DNA of 64,000 nucleotides from Lama guanicoe (Eukaryota), in the NCBI GenBank assembly GCA_013239625.1, contig MU054001.1, forward strand, positions 3,106,151 through 3,170,150. Reading direction: 5' to 3'. A program made the translations under genes and the position numbers. Below the pieces are notes generated by a model, which was not told the origin of the DNA, made no database searches, and was given only the letters and a program-made list of their open reading frames with translations. Every line of letters starts with the position of its first letter. Positions within the stretch are counted from its first letter, which is position 1. This document shows positions 39,096 through 52,225 of this stretch, in pieces.

Positions 39096-39539
39096 GAGAA
39101 TAGACAGTTTTCATCCATTTTCATAGGATGGTAGACTGGGAGAAGTGGTAAACTGTAGAGTCAAGCCTGTTCATTCCTCATGAAACTGATACTCAAAGAG
39201 AAGGTATGACGCAACCAAAGTCATACAGTTAGTTGACATCCAATCCTCAACTAAACCCCAAAATTTTTAAGTCAAAATTAACTGCTCCTAACACTGCGGT
39301 TGTTAAATTCATCCTATACCTTAACGTGTACTTGCTGGGATTTCTGAGGTCTTGAAGAGGAAATAACCAACCTCATCCCCCAAAATAAAACCCGCCTCTG
39401 AACTTCTGTTCACCTAATGAACTCATCCGATTTACCAGATGTACAAAAGTGAAACAAATCTGACGCACGATCAGCTAATCCTTCATCTTTCTGGCGGCAG
39501 CCTCTGAAACAGCGGGAGGACAGTCCCTCAGCCTGCAGT

Positions 39540-39850
39540 GGTGTTGCGGATCACAACGGAAGCATATTGTTGTCAGATTAATTTTCCAACGCCCGTACCC
39601 CAACCACAAGATCCTGAGAGAACGAGTGTCAAATACACTTAATAATTGCATAATTATGACATCTGTTACTCTCCAGCACCTCTTAGTGGAAAATTAACTG
39701 AAGAAATAGCAGGTTCAAAGATGTGTTAACACTCTGATAGCAGATTTAATTGAAATATGACGGGGGAGGATAATGGAGATTAAATTAAGCTCTCAGATAA
39801 TCATCTGACACAAAGATAATTGAGCCAGCCTCTGCCACGTTGATGAACGC
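39540..39850. promoter_or_regulatory. Candidate conserved non-coding element / enhancer
   Basis: No recognisable repeat. Dense TAATT/TAATC homeodomain cores with TGACA/TGTCA, CATCTG and GATAA motifs. Function is inferred. Confidence 0.45.
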
Positions 39851-42800
39851 TTCGGAGATGCTGTGCGGGGTGGCATTTCGAGTATCTTATCCTTCAGGCA
39901 AAATGGAATTCTTCTCCCTCCCCCTCCCCTTCTTCTCTCTCTCTTGTCATTCAACATTTGTATCCTCCAAATCGATAATGTGAACAGCAGCATAATTGGA
40001 AATAAAAGATGATCTGAAATCCACAGGAAATTAGGGAGGTGCATGTAGGAAATACAGTCACATCCTAGACACAGGGCGAGTTTTTACGAGCCCTCCATAG
40101 GAGGGATGTGCACCTGCCCTGAAGTCTCATGGGGAGTTTTTTTTTTTTTTTTCCAATACCTCTGTCCTCAGGGGAGGGAACTTCCCATGAGATGGGGAGG
40201 GAGCCATAAACATCAAGCATGGACAAGACGACAGTGACTTTGCGATTTTTCTCCTCCTACAGGGAACATCTCCATGCTTTGTAGGGCAAGCTCGGGATGT
40301 AGTGTGTACTAAAGAACTGGTACCCAGGGCTGGGGGGCATAGAGTAATCCTAGAAGGCAGCTCGCTCATGGTGGTTATTAGTGAATGTCCCGGGTGGGGT
40401 GAGGGTGGGGGATGCGGTGAACAGTTGAAGGCAGGGAGTGAGAAGCAGAGTTCTGGTAATTGTCATTGAAAGGGTCAGCCTTCAACAGTCCTAGAGATTA
40501 GGTACCTCCCCATGTCACCGCTTTCTTTAACTCAGGTACTAACACTTGCCTTTCGAAGGGCTGTGAGCGGCAAGCCGAGTCTAAGTAATCGGACGACTGC
40601 AGAAGGCAGTCTTCACACTTCCTCCACTCAACCAGCACCCCCGCTGCTCAGAGTTTCAGATTTGAGATTTTAGACCAGTGGGATTTATCTGCTTTATCAA
40701 TACGGAGCTGAGAGAACATAGACATATCTCCTTTAAGAATCCACTGAAGCATCTGTATCTGTATTTCCCTCTTACTCTCTCCCCTGCCCTCAGCCCACCC
40801 ATGAACACACCAAGAATCTCCCGTCCTGGCCACTCCCTAGGCAGCAACATAACTCAGGGGCACCCCCTTGGGGCTGGAGGATGCCACTGATGCAAGTGCC
40901 CCCCCCTCGCCCCCGGAAGTGAATTGCCTTGCAGAAAACCACCCAGGGCAAAGCTGGGGCCCTAAACCTGGCATGAGATGAAATCTTCCTCTTTCTGGTG
41001 CAGCCAGGGGAACAAGGTGCCTGCAGGTTTAAAAAAAGGGGGCCAAGGCAGAGCCTCTTACTCCAGTTGTGACCGCATCCTCTGGTTTAGATCCGCACCT
41101 TGGCAGTGAGTCCTTCAGTGGATGGTGGAGCCTGACAACCAGAGAATCCCCTCCCAGTCGGGAACATCCACATTCCAAGTAGGCATCACAGAGCTCCAGG
41201 ACATAAGGCCCAGGATGGCTGAGAGAGAGTCTGGCGCTCAGGGCCTCACAGATGGCAAAGCTCCCCTTTCACTACCCAGCCTCCTCTTTCAGACCTCATG
41301 GAGATTTTATTTTACAAAGCTCATTGCTTCTTCTGATTATGAGTCTCAAGTAGGACTTAATGATGCCGCAAGATTACAATAACAGCCTTCAAACCTGAGG
41401 AGAACGATGGAGTTCGCCATCCCATCCCTTCCCTCCCAGAGAAGTTCCACAAGTAAATTTTCCCAACTGCTGGATAGCAGCAGTAAATTTCATCTCATCC
41501 AGCCCCCAGCTAATCTATGATGGCAATGCTTAGAAGATGAGTTTGTCCCATCTGTCCTATAATTTCTGTCCTAAATTGTTAATTTATTGAAGCATCAAAG
41601 CACAAGGCATCTCATGAGAAGGCAACTTAAGGGATCGTTTTAATCATCTTCCCCCAGCCGGGTAATATGGCACCAGGAATGCTTTCCAAAGAGAAGATTC
41701 CTGACCCCCCTCTGACCTCTCTTTTTATCTGCAGGATGGGTGTGTGGGGCCCATAAATCAACCGAACCCACCTCTCTCTGTCTAGCCTGCCACCGCTGTT
41801 GATGCTGGGTGGCTAGACTCTTCCCAGAGAAAATATTAGAAAGCCTTAATGTGTTCACAATGGTGAGTCGTTCTGTGGCTTCCTCCCCTCTTAAGAATTT
41901 CTACAGTTCCTTTGAGAAGTTCATTATTTCTTAGATGGTGTATCATTCTGTCTTCTTGGGAAGATTCCACCATCAATGATATGTTTCGCTGAGTATGTAA
42001 ATGCCTTTTACATATTTCAAAATAATATCTAATTAAAATGTCAAGGTTATAGCTCATGTGGCTGAAGTGGACAGGGCTCCACCTCCTCTCAAAGTAACAT
42101 TTAAAATATGTCCTATAATTAGGAGCAATTATAAATTCCGAATAAAAAGAAACCCACACCATTCTGAAGATGTTTTTCTTTGATGTCTCTTGCTTTAATG
42201 TGTGTTGCTCGTTGCACCAGATTGTCTCCACTTCCTCAGCTATGATTCCAGATGGAAAAGGCTCCCAAAACGTCGCAGGGAGAAAAGCAGACCAAACGTG
42301 AGAAAAGTAGCAAAGTTTGTTAAAAAGGGTTATTGCGTCCATAACTTCTGGACTCAGTGTTCATTGATTAGAGATTAAACATCATCCTTTGTACTACTCA
42401 GACTGGGGTTTTTAATTAGGATGTCATTATTACACAGATATACTGAATGCCCAATTGATTTTTGAAACCTTTTGAAATAATAGCGCTACTTCTGCAAAAT
42501 GAAAATCATAATAGATTATTGACTTCGTCAGGAGCTTTGATCCAAGGGCAGCTCCCCAACATCAGCATTCTCAATAATTTTAGTTTCATGCAAAGACTGT
42601 GTTATAATGCCGGTGGCATCTTATCGATTACCCTTGAATCATAACAGTAGTGACGTTGCTTGTTGCTGAAATTGTTTATATACCGCATAGCTTTTGTCTT
42701 TTGTTTCTGTTTAATTTTAAAAGTGTTGCTATTCATAATGAGCAGCATACCTGAGTCACAAGATTGGGAGTTCACCAACTTTCCTAATTCACATGCCTGT

Positions 42801-43921
42801 CACAGTTCAGAAATTTTTTTCAGGGTCCTCCTAGTTCAAAAGAAATACCTAACAGTTCCATTTATTAGCCAGATCCAAACAACTTGATAAGTATTTATGT
42901 CCTAATCACTTAGTAGGCATACTAAAAAAAAACATAAACTGAAAGAAAAAAATACTTGTTTATTTTATTTTCTAATACGCACAATTACTTCTAATGGGAT
43001 GTCTGTACCTGTTTGGCTCTGCACGACTTCTCAAGTCTTGGACCCTGCCACCCTCATTTCCTGTTTCACGTTGATGTTTATTCGGTTCTTGGTTTTTAAC
43101 ACAGCAAGCACAGAAAATCCAGCTCTCAGAGATAGGATGTCACTGAAAGAAATTCAGCGTGATCTAATGTTGAAATTGTGAATTACCTCAAGCTAGTCGT
43201 TTGCAAGGAGTCTGAGAACTGTTACTGCATTTGCCTCAAAAACTTAAACTATCAGGGCCCCTGTGAATTCACGGTGGCACCCTGGGTGCCCTTGCACACA
43301 GTTTGGGAACCATGATGGTAGACTTCAGTTTCTTGATGTTATGGGATATGTGTTGTCCATCTTTGTAGTCTCAGTGCCTAGCATGGTAACTAATGTATTC
43401 ACCAGACATTGTTTGAAGAATGGTGCTTTTTGTTAGCACTTTTCTTGTTTAGATCTTTTGAATTCAAAGTACAACGATTTGATAACAATCATGTATCTAG
43501 TCACTACCAACACTTGACATATTTTCTTGCAAATACTCAGAGGATTTAAGTCTAGGAAATGGATGAAAATTCACCTCTGTCTGAGACATTTCACAGATTC
43601 TTCTCTGTGAAGAGAACATCTATCTCTGAAGCTCCTAGATTTTTCTCTGCAACTAGGAGAATCCTGAAACTTCACTCCCTAAAGTGTTGGAATATATAAG
43701 AAGTGAGTGCTTGGACCAAAGAATTCCTTGAACCACCTGATCTTATCCCAAAGTGGATGGAGGTGTTCATGTTCAGAAAAGGAGGACTTCATCCCTTCCC
43801 TTAACCTCCCTCTGAGCATGGTGACCTTGGCCTGTGAATCTCATTGATGCCAAACATACGAGCATCTGGAGAGCCACATCGCACACAATGCAGCAATGGC
43901 TGAACAAGAATGCCCAGGGGT

Positions 43922-44302
43922 GTATTATACAATGGAGTACACTTCAGTCTTACAAAGGCATGCAATTATGACTCAACCCAAATGAACCTTGAGAATATTA
44001 AGCTAAGTGAAAGAGGCCGGACACAGAAGATCTTCTATGATATGATTCCATCTACATAAGGGGCCCAGAATAGGCAAATTAATAGAGACAGAAAGGAGAA
44101 TCATGGTGACCAGGGGCTGAGAGGAGGCGGGAAATGGGGATTTATTGTTTAATAGGTACAGAGTTTCTGTATGGGAAGATTAAAATGTTCTGGAAATGGA
44201 TAGTGGTAATGGTTGTGCAACTTTGTAAAAATGCCGATTTTCACTGAATTGTACAGTTAAAAAAAGGTGAAAACTGTAAATTTTTTGTTATGTGTATCTT
44301 AA
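43922..44302 (+). mobile_element. L1MB-type 3' UTR, followed by (CA)n at ~44304-44332
   Basis: aatgaaccttgagaatattaagctaagtgaaagaggccggacacagaag...aatagagacagaaagg...gttctggaaatggatagtggtaatggttgtgcaac. Confidence 0.9.
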
Positions 44303-44450
44303 TACACATACACACACACACACACACACTCACAAATATCCAGCCTGGGAAATGTGGCTTGCTTAAAAAATAATGCCAATAAACAAAGTTTAGAAATGCA
44401 AAAACCCCATGGACACCATGTCTCTTAAGCCATGAAATGCCCAGTAAAAA

Positions 44451-44792
44451 CAGAGGTTGGCAAACTTTTTCTGTAAAGGGCCAAATAGTAAATATTTCAG
44501 TCTTTACAGAGCTAATGATCTCTGTTGCAACTACTCAGCTCTGCCCTTGAGTCCTGAAATTCACTACAGACAGTATGGAAACGAACGAGCATGGCTGATT
44601 CCCAGCAAACTTCATGGATGGCCCTGATTTTCAATGTCATCAGATTCTCACATATCATGAAACATTGTTCTTCCTTTGATTTTCTTTTTTTTTGTCTCAA
44701 TCATTTTAAAATATAAAAACCGTTCTTCACTTTTGGGTCTTACCAGGCAGAGGGCCAGATTTGGCCCCTCAGCTGAAGTTTACTGACCCCTG
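44451..44792 (+). mobile_element. hAT-Charlie non-autonomous DNA transposon, MER58B-like, full length
   Basis: Imperfect terminal inverted repeats cagaggttggcaaact ... agtttactgacccctg. Internal ttttctgtaaagggccaaatagtaaatattt and gttgcaactactcagctctgcc. Length 342 bp. Confidence 0.9.
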
Positions 44793-46894
44793 AGCTGGAA
44801 CCTCAAATCAATGATGAGATAACACATTACTACTAATATGTGAAATCCCTCTGAACATTAGACATAGTGTTCTGTGATGGGTAGGAAAGGTCACCCTTGG
44901 AAAATTTGTTTGTGGCTCAGCCAGAGCGAGGCAGTCTGTGATTGAGCCAAACCTGGATCTGGTCCTGATTTCTTCTTCCTGCAACGTTGTCCCACTACCC
45001 AAAGTCCAGCCCCAATGCCGCTTTGATCCAGGTAGGGAGAAATCCATTTGATTCACTGCAGGCTATAAAGAATGCCTTTTAACATCTCTTGCAGGATTAT
45101 TTCCACTGAAACAGAGACCTTCAGATAAAGTGGCACGCATAAGCAAAAATCCAAAACACAAGAAAAGCAAAAATTATGATGCAATTTATGAAAAGGTTTT
45201 TTTTAAAGGAAAGGAGACAAGGGGACTTCTCACTGCTGCTAAGATAAAGTGACAGGTATGTATATTTTTATTATTATATTTATTATATATATATATTTTT
45301 TTTTGATCAGTAATGGCAGACTTTCTGAAAGGGAATTTTAGGGAAAATGGGCAACACTACTAAAATAAGATGATTCAGGCAGCTGCCTCATTGCACACAA
45401 GCCCAGAGTTGTTGGATGAGCAGAATTTACTCAACAAATTTTACTAAGCACCTACTTTGAACTAAGCACTGGGGATTCAAACTTTTTAAGAAACTCATAT
45501 TCTGAGGTTTAGCTTTTTCTTTTTTTTCAGAGGTGTGTGAGATTAGGAGGAGGGTTGCAGTGTTTAAATACCAGAGTTTCTAATGATGAAAACTTAGTCC
45601 TTACCATGGTTGTTCCTATCCCCTGGACCCTTACTTAAACAGGAGGAATTCCTTCTCATACCAGCTCCAGCTGTTTGGAAATGGAGTCTCTGGTCGGTCG
45701 CTTCAACATCACAGGCTGAGCAGGGGACAGGGTGCAGCAGGCAGCCTCCTCTGTATACGTGCCTACAGGTCGCCCTCCAATGGCTCAGAGCATCCTTTGA
45801 AAGGTCAGGGTTGCTAAGGGGAGGAGCGCGGCAAGCTGTCGCCCTGGGCTGCTTTCTTGCATCTTGGCTTCTTCCTCTAATTCTTAACGTCCCTCTCTCT
45901 TTGAGTCTTAGATGTCTCCTCCCACGTCTGCATCAGAAGTCTCTAGATCAGCTCATGGGACCATTTTGTCAAAACAATGAACAATAATTGTTCACCAAGA
46001 GCTCTAAATAATTTAAATATTTGGTTACAATGAAGATGGCCACAGCCTGCATGTCTATCTGAGCTCAGGAAAGTTGCCTTCATTAGTTCGAACTTTATTT
46101 CCCATAAAATAGGAGGCCATTTAAGTAAAATGATAGTTGGAAAAAATTTTTAAGCAGAACCAGCAAATAAACATGGTCTTTATGAGTTGTAACTTAATCC
46201 CCAGCTGATGTCATGTTTCATGTTTCAACAGCCAGAAAATGCCTGACATCTATATATCAGGCAGATTTATGGAGACTTCAGGGTAAGAGTTAAGAGGATT
46301 TCTTAAAAAAGGATAGTGTGTTGGTCTGGGGGTAATTTGCAGCCTCTGTTATCCATAGATTGAAATGTGCACATTTGGGCAAATTATAGGAATATGACTT
46401 TTCACTTAATCTCATTTTTATGTTTAAAAAGTCTTCAGATCTGGGAGGACGAGTGCATGAGAGAAGAGAGAGAGAGAGAAGATTCAAAATATGGTTCTCC
46501 TTTGCCCTATTTGGTCATTAATGTTGCTCTGGCAGTACTAGAGAGAAAAGGAAAGATTCTGCTCTGCAAACCTCAGAATCATAAAGCACACGCAGGCCCT
46601 CTCCGCTCCCATGCGTCGCTTGGTGGCAGAGTGGCTGTGTGGGCTCTAGGGGGTCACCGAGATGGAGCGGGTTTCCTATCAAATGCCTGTTGGATCTATA
46701 CCACCATGGCAGTTACCTCACAGGAACTAAGCTTTCCAAACATAAACCTCTCCTCGTAGCCTATGAGTTGGTGGTCAAATAGCCCAGAAAAATGGTTTTG
46801 AAGTAGCCCCAGCGAAAATGACTCACTTCCATTTCGTCATGTATTGTCTGACCTTATCCAAGCTTGCCGATAGGTCTCCTCACTCTGGTGAGTG

Positions 46895-47260
46895 AGTCAG
46901 AATAAGTCGCACTAACTGACACAGCAATCAGCCCCAAGCCTCAGGGCTTAACACAGTCAAGGTCTATTTTCTGCTTATCTTGTAGTCCTACTGGGTGTTT
47001 ATTAGAGAGTGGACTTCTGTATGGTGAATCCAGTAATCTGTGCCGTTCCATCTTGTGCCTTTGCCACCTGCAAAAACTTGGAGAGCTCTGCTAGATCCTC
47101 TACGTTCAGTGGGAAATGAGAAAGAGAGAGAGAGAAGTCAGGAGAACTACGTGGGAGGTTTGATGGATCATTAGGCACTCGTTCACATAGCACCCACCCA
47201 ACTGCAAAGGATGCTGGGAAATGCAGACAACTGGTCTCCAACCTCCGTTTTGATGTAGAA
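46895..47260 (-). mobile_element. Old MaLR LTR (MLT1J/K-like)
   Basis: gggcttaacacagtcaaggtctattttctgctta...cacatagcacccacccaactgcaaaggatgctgggaaatgcag. Confidence 0.6.
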
Positions 47261-47409
47261 GCCACAGTACTGCACCGTTGAATGGCTGCTGGGATTTCCT
47301 CAGAGACAAAGAGACTTGAAATAAGTAACAAAAACAAAAGTAAGCTCTTTTTACATTTGTATTTCATTGTTGAGAAGGGGCTTAATTTCACTTAGCGCTC
47401 ACACTAGTC

Positions 47410-47558
47410 CTATGAGGGAGGAGGATAAATATTCTTATTCCTACTTTTAAATGGGGCTCTGGGTGGGGCAAGGACTTGCCCATGCCTCGGATCAAATAAG
47501 TGACAGACTGAATCAGAACCCAGGTATCCTAGGGTTGAACTGGCAATTTTTACTACTG
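47410..47558 (-). mobile_element. MIR SINE fragment
   Basis: cctatgagggagg...ggacttgccca...aagtgacagactgaatcagaacccaggt. Confidence 0.6.
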
Positions 47559-49231
47559 TACTGAAATTGTAGGGGTAAACGGTCCTTGGGAGTGGGAGGT
47601 GAGGATTGAGCTCAAGAGAGCTAGACACTAGATAGAACTGAGATACAATTTCTTGTTCCATCTAAGTGTTGGTAAAGACTTACTCGTGGGATATTTGAAG
47701 GATAGAGCATGAAATTATTTCCCAGTTCTCTGCTTTGAGGTGAAATGCCAGCCTAATTCAGAGGTTCAGTCCATATTTGCCCTTGTTTTTTTCCCTTCTC
47801 TTTAAGAAATTAAAGCATAACTTTTCATAGTGTCATATTAACATAAAAAGATGAACAGTGATGACATCAGCCATTATAGCTGATGGAGAGGTATCTGTTG
47901 TGACCTCCCACCAATGGCTCAGAAATGAATGAAAAAAAGTTAAACAAGAACAGAACTATTTGAGAGGGTGAAGGTTAGAATCCTTGTATGTATGAATTTT
48001 CACAGCTGGTACAATGCTAATAAAATGTTTTCATCCTTCCTGCCAAGGAAAGAGTAGAGCTCAGCCCCCTTTGCTCTGGATACGCAGCTCCAAAGAAATG
48101 TCGTGGAGCTTCATAATCATGATTTCAAAGAGGTTTGTGGAAATGTTTCATTAATTCTTATAAAGAAATCTTTTTCTCTTAATTTTTTCATTAACTTCAG
48201 ACATTTACTTGCAATTACATTTGTTCGGTGAATACAATGACAGAAATTAATAATTCATAGCTTTTGTCAGGGGAAATTGAAAAAAAAAGGACAGTTGTTC
48301 AATCAAATGCAACTTTAAATGCACCATCTCTATTTAAATAAGATTTTTTTAAGATAAATAATGAGGACTGTTATTGTACTTTCTATAAATCTCCTCTTTT
48401 CCAAATTATATCTATGCTCTACCCAGTGACATGAAATCTTGGGTTGTTCAAAGCTCATCAGGAAAATAACAGGTTCAGATCTGATGTTCTGAGAGGGGGA
48501 AACTTGACTCAAGTTCTGTACGTGTGGTACTGCCTGGATCTTCTGGGGCATTGTGTTTTGAGATGGAGAATCAGAGCATGAGAAAGACGAAAGTGACTGA
48601 GAAAAGTGTGCTTTCTCTGACAATTGGGGAAGTTCAAGTTCAGAGAGAGGGAGCCTTTCAAGTTCAGAGTGAGTTAGCAGCAGAAGCGGGCCTCAGTGTG
48701 TATCTCCTGACTGTTGACCAAGGCTCTCCTGATCTGTGATGGTGTCTTCAAGCCATCTTCCTACCAGGGCCTGCCTACCAAGTGGCTCCTGGGTAAGATG
48801 TTCTAGGCAAACCAAACCTTTTATCCCAACTGCCTAACAACTTACCTGAAATTCTGCCATCAACATTTGGTTACTTCGGTTTATGAAGGCTTTTTAAAAT
48901 CATATTTCTCTTGTTAAAATGTAACTGCTCATCTCTTGAAATCAGCTTAGGTGGAAAGGAGGAAAGAAGACCAAGGTCTGGCAGAAATAGGCTGATCAGG
49001 GTACAGAGACAAGGTCTTCAATGTGGTCTCAAGATAGTGGATGAGATGGATTCTCTAGGTCTCTCTGCCTCCCCCAGCCGGTAAGAACCTGGCTGGCAAA
49101 TCAATTCTATCCTTAGTTGTTCCAGTCCAAAAAGATGACATTAGAGTCTATCTTAAAAGTAAAGAAAGATCAAACCATGGGACACTTCTCAGAACTCACT
49201 AGCCCATCAATAGGAGAGTCTCTGGGAAGGG

Positions 49232-49630
49232 AGTTTAGCATAATTGTTAAGAATTGAATATCTCTAGGCTTGATTTGTGACTCAAACAGCTAGAAGTTCT
49301 GTGCCTTGGAAAAATCCCTACTAAGATCTCTGAGTCATACTTTCTCTATTTGTAAAATGGAGATATATCAGTTAGCTATTGTGCTGTAACAAGCTCCCTC
49401 AAAACACAGGTCTAAAGACATAGGCTTAGACTGGCACTTCTGTCTATCATTGGCCAAAACAATAATGTGGCCAAGCCCAAAGTCAAAGGATAAATTCTGC
49501 CCCAAATGAGGCTATGGCAGGAGTATGGAGGAAGTGAGGAATGAAGAATTGCACCCTCCCCCAAAATTTATTATAGAGGATAATGAAAGTACTTTCTCTC
49601 TGCATTGTTCTGATAATTAGTTAAGAAAAC
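49232..49630 (+). mobile_element. MIR interrupted by a minus-strand MLT1-type LTR fragment (~49364-49575)
   Basis: MIR 5' part ends tttgtaaaatggagata. Then tatcagttagctattgtgctgtaacaa...attggccaaaacaataatgtggccaagcccaaagtcaa. MIR resumes at ggataatgaaagtac. Confidence 0.65.
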
Positions 49631-49657
49631 ATATATATATATATATATATATATATA

Positions 49658-50119
49658 NNNNNNNNNNNNNNNNNNNNNNNNNNNNNNNNNNNNNNNNNNN
49701 NNNNNNNNNNNNNNNNNNNNNNNNNNNNNNNNNNNNNNNNNNNNNNNNNNNNNNNNNNNNNNNNNNNNNNNNNNNNNNNNNNNNNNNNNNNNNNNNNNNN
49801 NNNNNNNNNNNNNNNNNNNNNNNNNNNNNNNNNNNNNNNNNNNNNNNNNNNNNNNNNNNNNNNNNNNNNNNNNNNNNNNNNNNNNNNNNNNNNNNNNNNN
49901 NNNNNNNNNNNNNNNNNNNNNNNNNNNNNNNNNNNNNNNNNNNNNNNNNNNNNNNNNNNNNNNNNNNNNNNNNNNNNNNNNNNNNNNNNNNNNNNNNNNN
50001 NNNNNNNNNNNNNNNNNNNNNNNNNNNNNNNNNNNNNNNNNNNNNNNNNNNNNNNNNNNNNNNNNNNNNNNNNNNNNNNNNNNNNNNNNNNNNNNNNNNN
50101 NNNNNNNNNNNNNNNNNNN
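49658..50119. other. Assembly gap (462 N) inside a (TA)n microsatellite
   Basis: N run flanked by (AT)n at 49631-49657 and 50120-50135. Confidence 0.99.
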
Positions 50120-51500
50120 ATATATATATATATATTGTGCTATGGGTGGCTACGCCCTCTCAGAGAATGGCACAGTATACCCGGAGGTGAGTATGCTTGG
50201 GGTCCTCTCCTGGGTGAAATGGCAATGATGGATTAGCATCTAAGCTTTCCCTTTTTGATTTAGGCATTTGTTACAGAGGGTGTCTTCTGGAGGTGAGGAA
50301 ATGTGTGGTCTTCTTGGATCCATCAATTTCCTGCTTCCATGTACAGTATCGACCCTCATCTCACACACACAAAAAGAAACAAATGGATTTGATTAGCAAA
50401 TACTTTCATCTACATCCTAATTGAAGTCTCTGGGACTTCCTTGTTTTGGAAAATCCCATTTTAATGCACAGCACATCAGGTAGTTGAAAGAATTCCCTCT
50501 CCCATCAGCCATATGGCCCCTCCCAAACCAGAGTTTATCCACCATTTTCCCATCAATTCCATCAGTCTGATCTAGAGCCATGCATCCAGGCTCTGAGCTG
50601 GGAGATTCTCCTGTTTTTGATTCACGTCATGAGTCACTTCAGACTGGAGGCAAAGGTTCCCCCAGTATTGCCCAGTCCAGATGTCCTTCCACAGAGGACC
50701 TGTCTACTTCTCACCAAGACCTCCGAGATGCAAAGTCTACTGTCAGAAGTCACTGCAGCTGAACTCAGTTGCAGCTGAGGAGGCAACCATTCGGCCATCT
50801 GAAAAGTCTGACCAGTTGGCACATTACTGTCTCCAAATGAGCCGGCAGGAAACGGGGTTTCCTAAAACTTGGTTTTAAAGCACTTACAACAGGAAACCAT
50901 TTCCCATGCATGTTAGATCTCTCTAATGACTGACTAACGAGAAACAGGCTATCTTAATACTCTGCCCCAAGCCATTACAAATGGCTTTCTTTCCAGACTT
51001 CATTAGAATATTTACTGCGATTTGGACAGAAGACTTTTGACACTGCAGTCATAAAATTTACAGGGGACCTTTTTTTTTTTTTTCAGTCTGAGAAGAGACT
51101 TGGAAGAAACGGGGAAACCCCTCAGCTGCCCCAGCCACCAATCTCCTTCATTAGTGCTCTCTGAGTCTTGTGACCTATAGTTAAGAAAATAAACATCCCT
51201 AGGATAGTCCAATAAATTGCCTTCAGGAAAGGAAAACAAAAAAAAAGCTAGATCTCTCCTTTGTCAACTCCAGCCTCTTTCCTATATATGTGATGAGAAA
51301 GAGAAAATTCACTATGTGTGCCAATCTTGGAGCTAAGACTTTTTAAGTTATGTTACTGGATCATGGCAGCCACATTGTGAATGAGCATTTCATGCATCTA
51401 ATGTTCTCATAAAAGTCCTCAAACTAAGTCCAGCAAAATTAATGTTAAGTCTCCATCTGGAGAAAAATCATGGTGGGATGATGTGCAGTAGTGCTTGCAA

Positions 51501-51956
51501 TATCAATGTAACCCCTGGCTCCAGAGAGATTCCTTATGTGTGATAGGTTCTCAGAAAATATGTTTTACTTCCTGGCATGATAAGTTCTTCAAGGAGGCCT
51601 TGATGGTCTAAGGCATGTGCTAAGTGCTTACTGGACCCAGATACTTAGTCACAATTCTCTAGAGTTTTGTCCTTAAGAGAAGTCTTTGGACACATGTATC
51701 AGTTATCTATTGCTGTGTAACAAGTCACTCTAAAACTGAGAGGCTTGAAAAGAGAATCTATTAATTCCCATGATTCCATGGGCTGCTTGGATGACTCCTC
51801 TGCTTGTTTTTGTGGACACATTCATGAGGTTGCACAAAGCTGGAGGATCAGTGTGGGCCTGGGCTCTACTAGGAAACCTACAGTAGCTGGGCCACTCTCT
51901 CTGTGTGGTCTTTTATCTTCAAAGAAGTTGAACCTGGCTGTATCACATGGTGGCAG
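51501..51956. repeat. Left arm of inverted duplication (partner 53081-53532); includes an inverted partial MLT1 LTR at ~51695-51956
   Basis: Manual alignment to the reverse complement of 53081-53532: first 132 bp identical, then few mismatches, more divergent in the innermost ~110 bp. Confidence 0.97.
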
Positions 51957-51974
51957 TTGTGGCTACTGAATGGG

Positions 51975-52225
51975 GACAACAACCAATGGTGAGGAAAAAA
52001 TAAAGCAGGGTGAGTGAATGGAGAGTGATGTCTGCAGGGAAGTGGGTGGGGAGAGACACTGATCTCAATTGCATGATCAGTGAAGAATTAGGTTCAGAGA
52101 GCATTTGAGTAGAGACTGAATAAGAGGAGGGAGAGAAAAGCTATGCAGTATTTTGGGGGACCATCCTAGAGTGAGTGGACAGGAAGGATCAGAACTCCAT
52201 GGGTGGAAGCATGTGACCCAGGTGT
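51975..52225 (-). mobile_element. L2 LINE fragment
   Basis: gaggaaaaaataaagcagggtgag...gagcatttgagtagagactgaataagaggagggag. Confidence 0.55.

Noticed and set aside
49631..50135. Apparent ~500-bp (TA)n-bounded element
   Set aside because: The interior is unsequenced (N), so nothing can be concluded beyond a microsatellite-associated gap.
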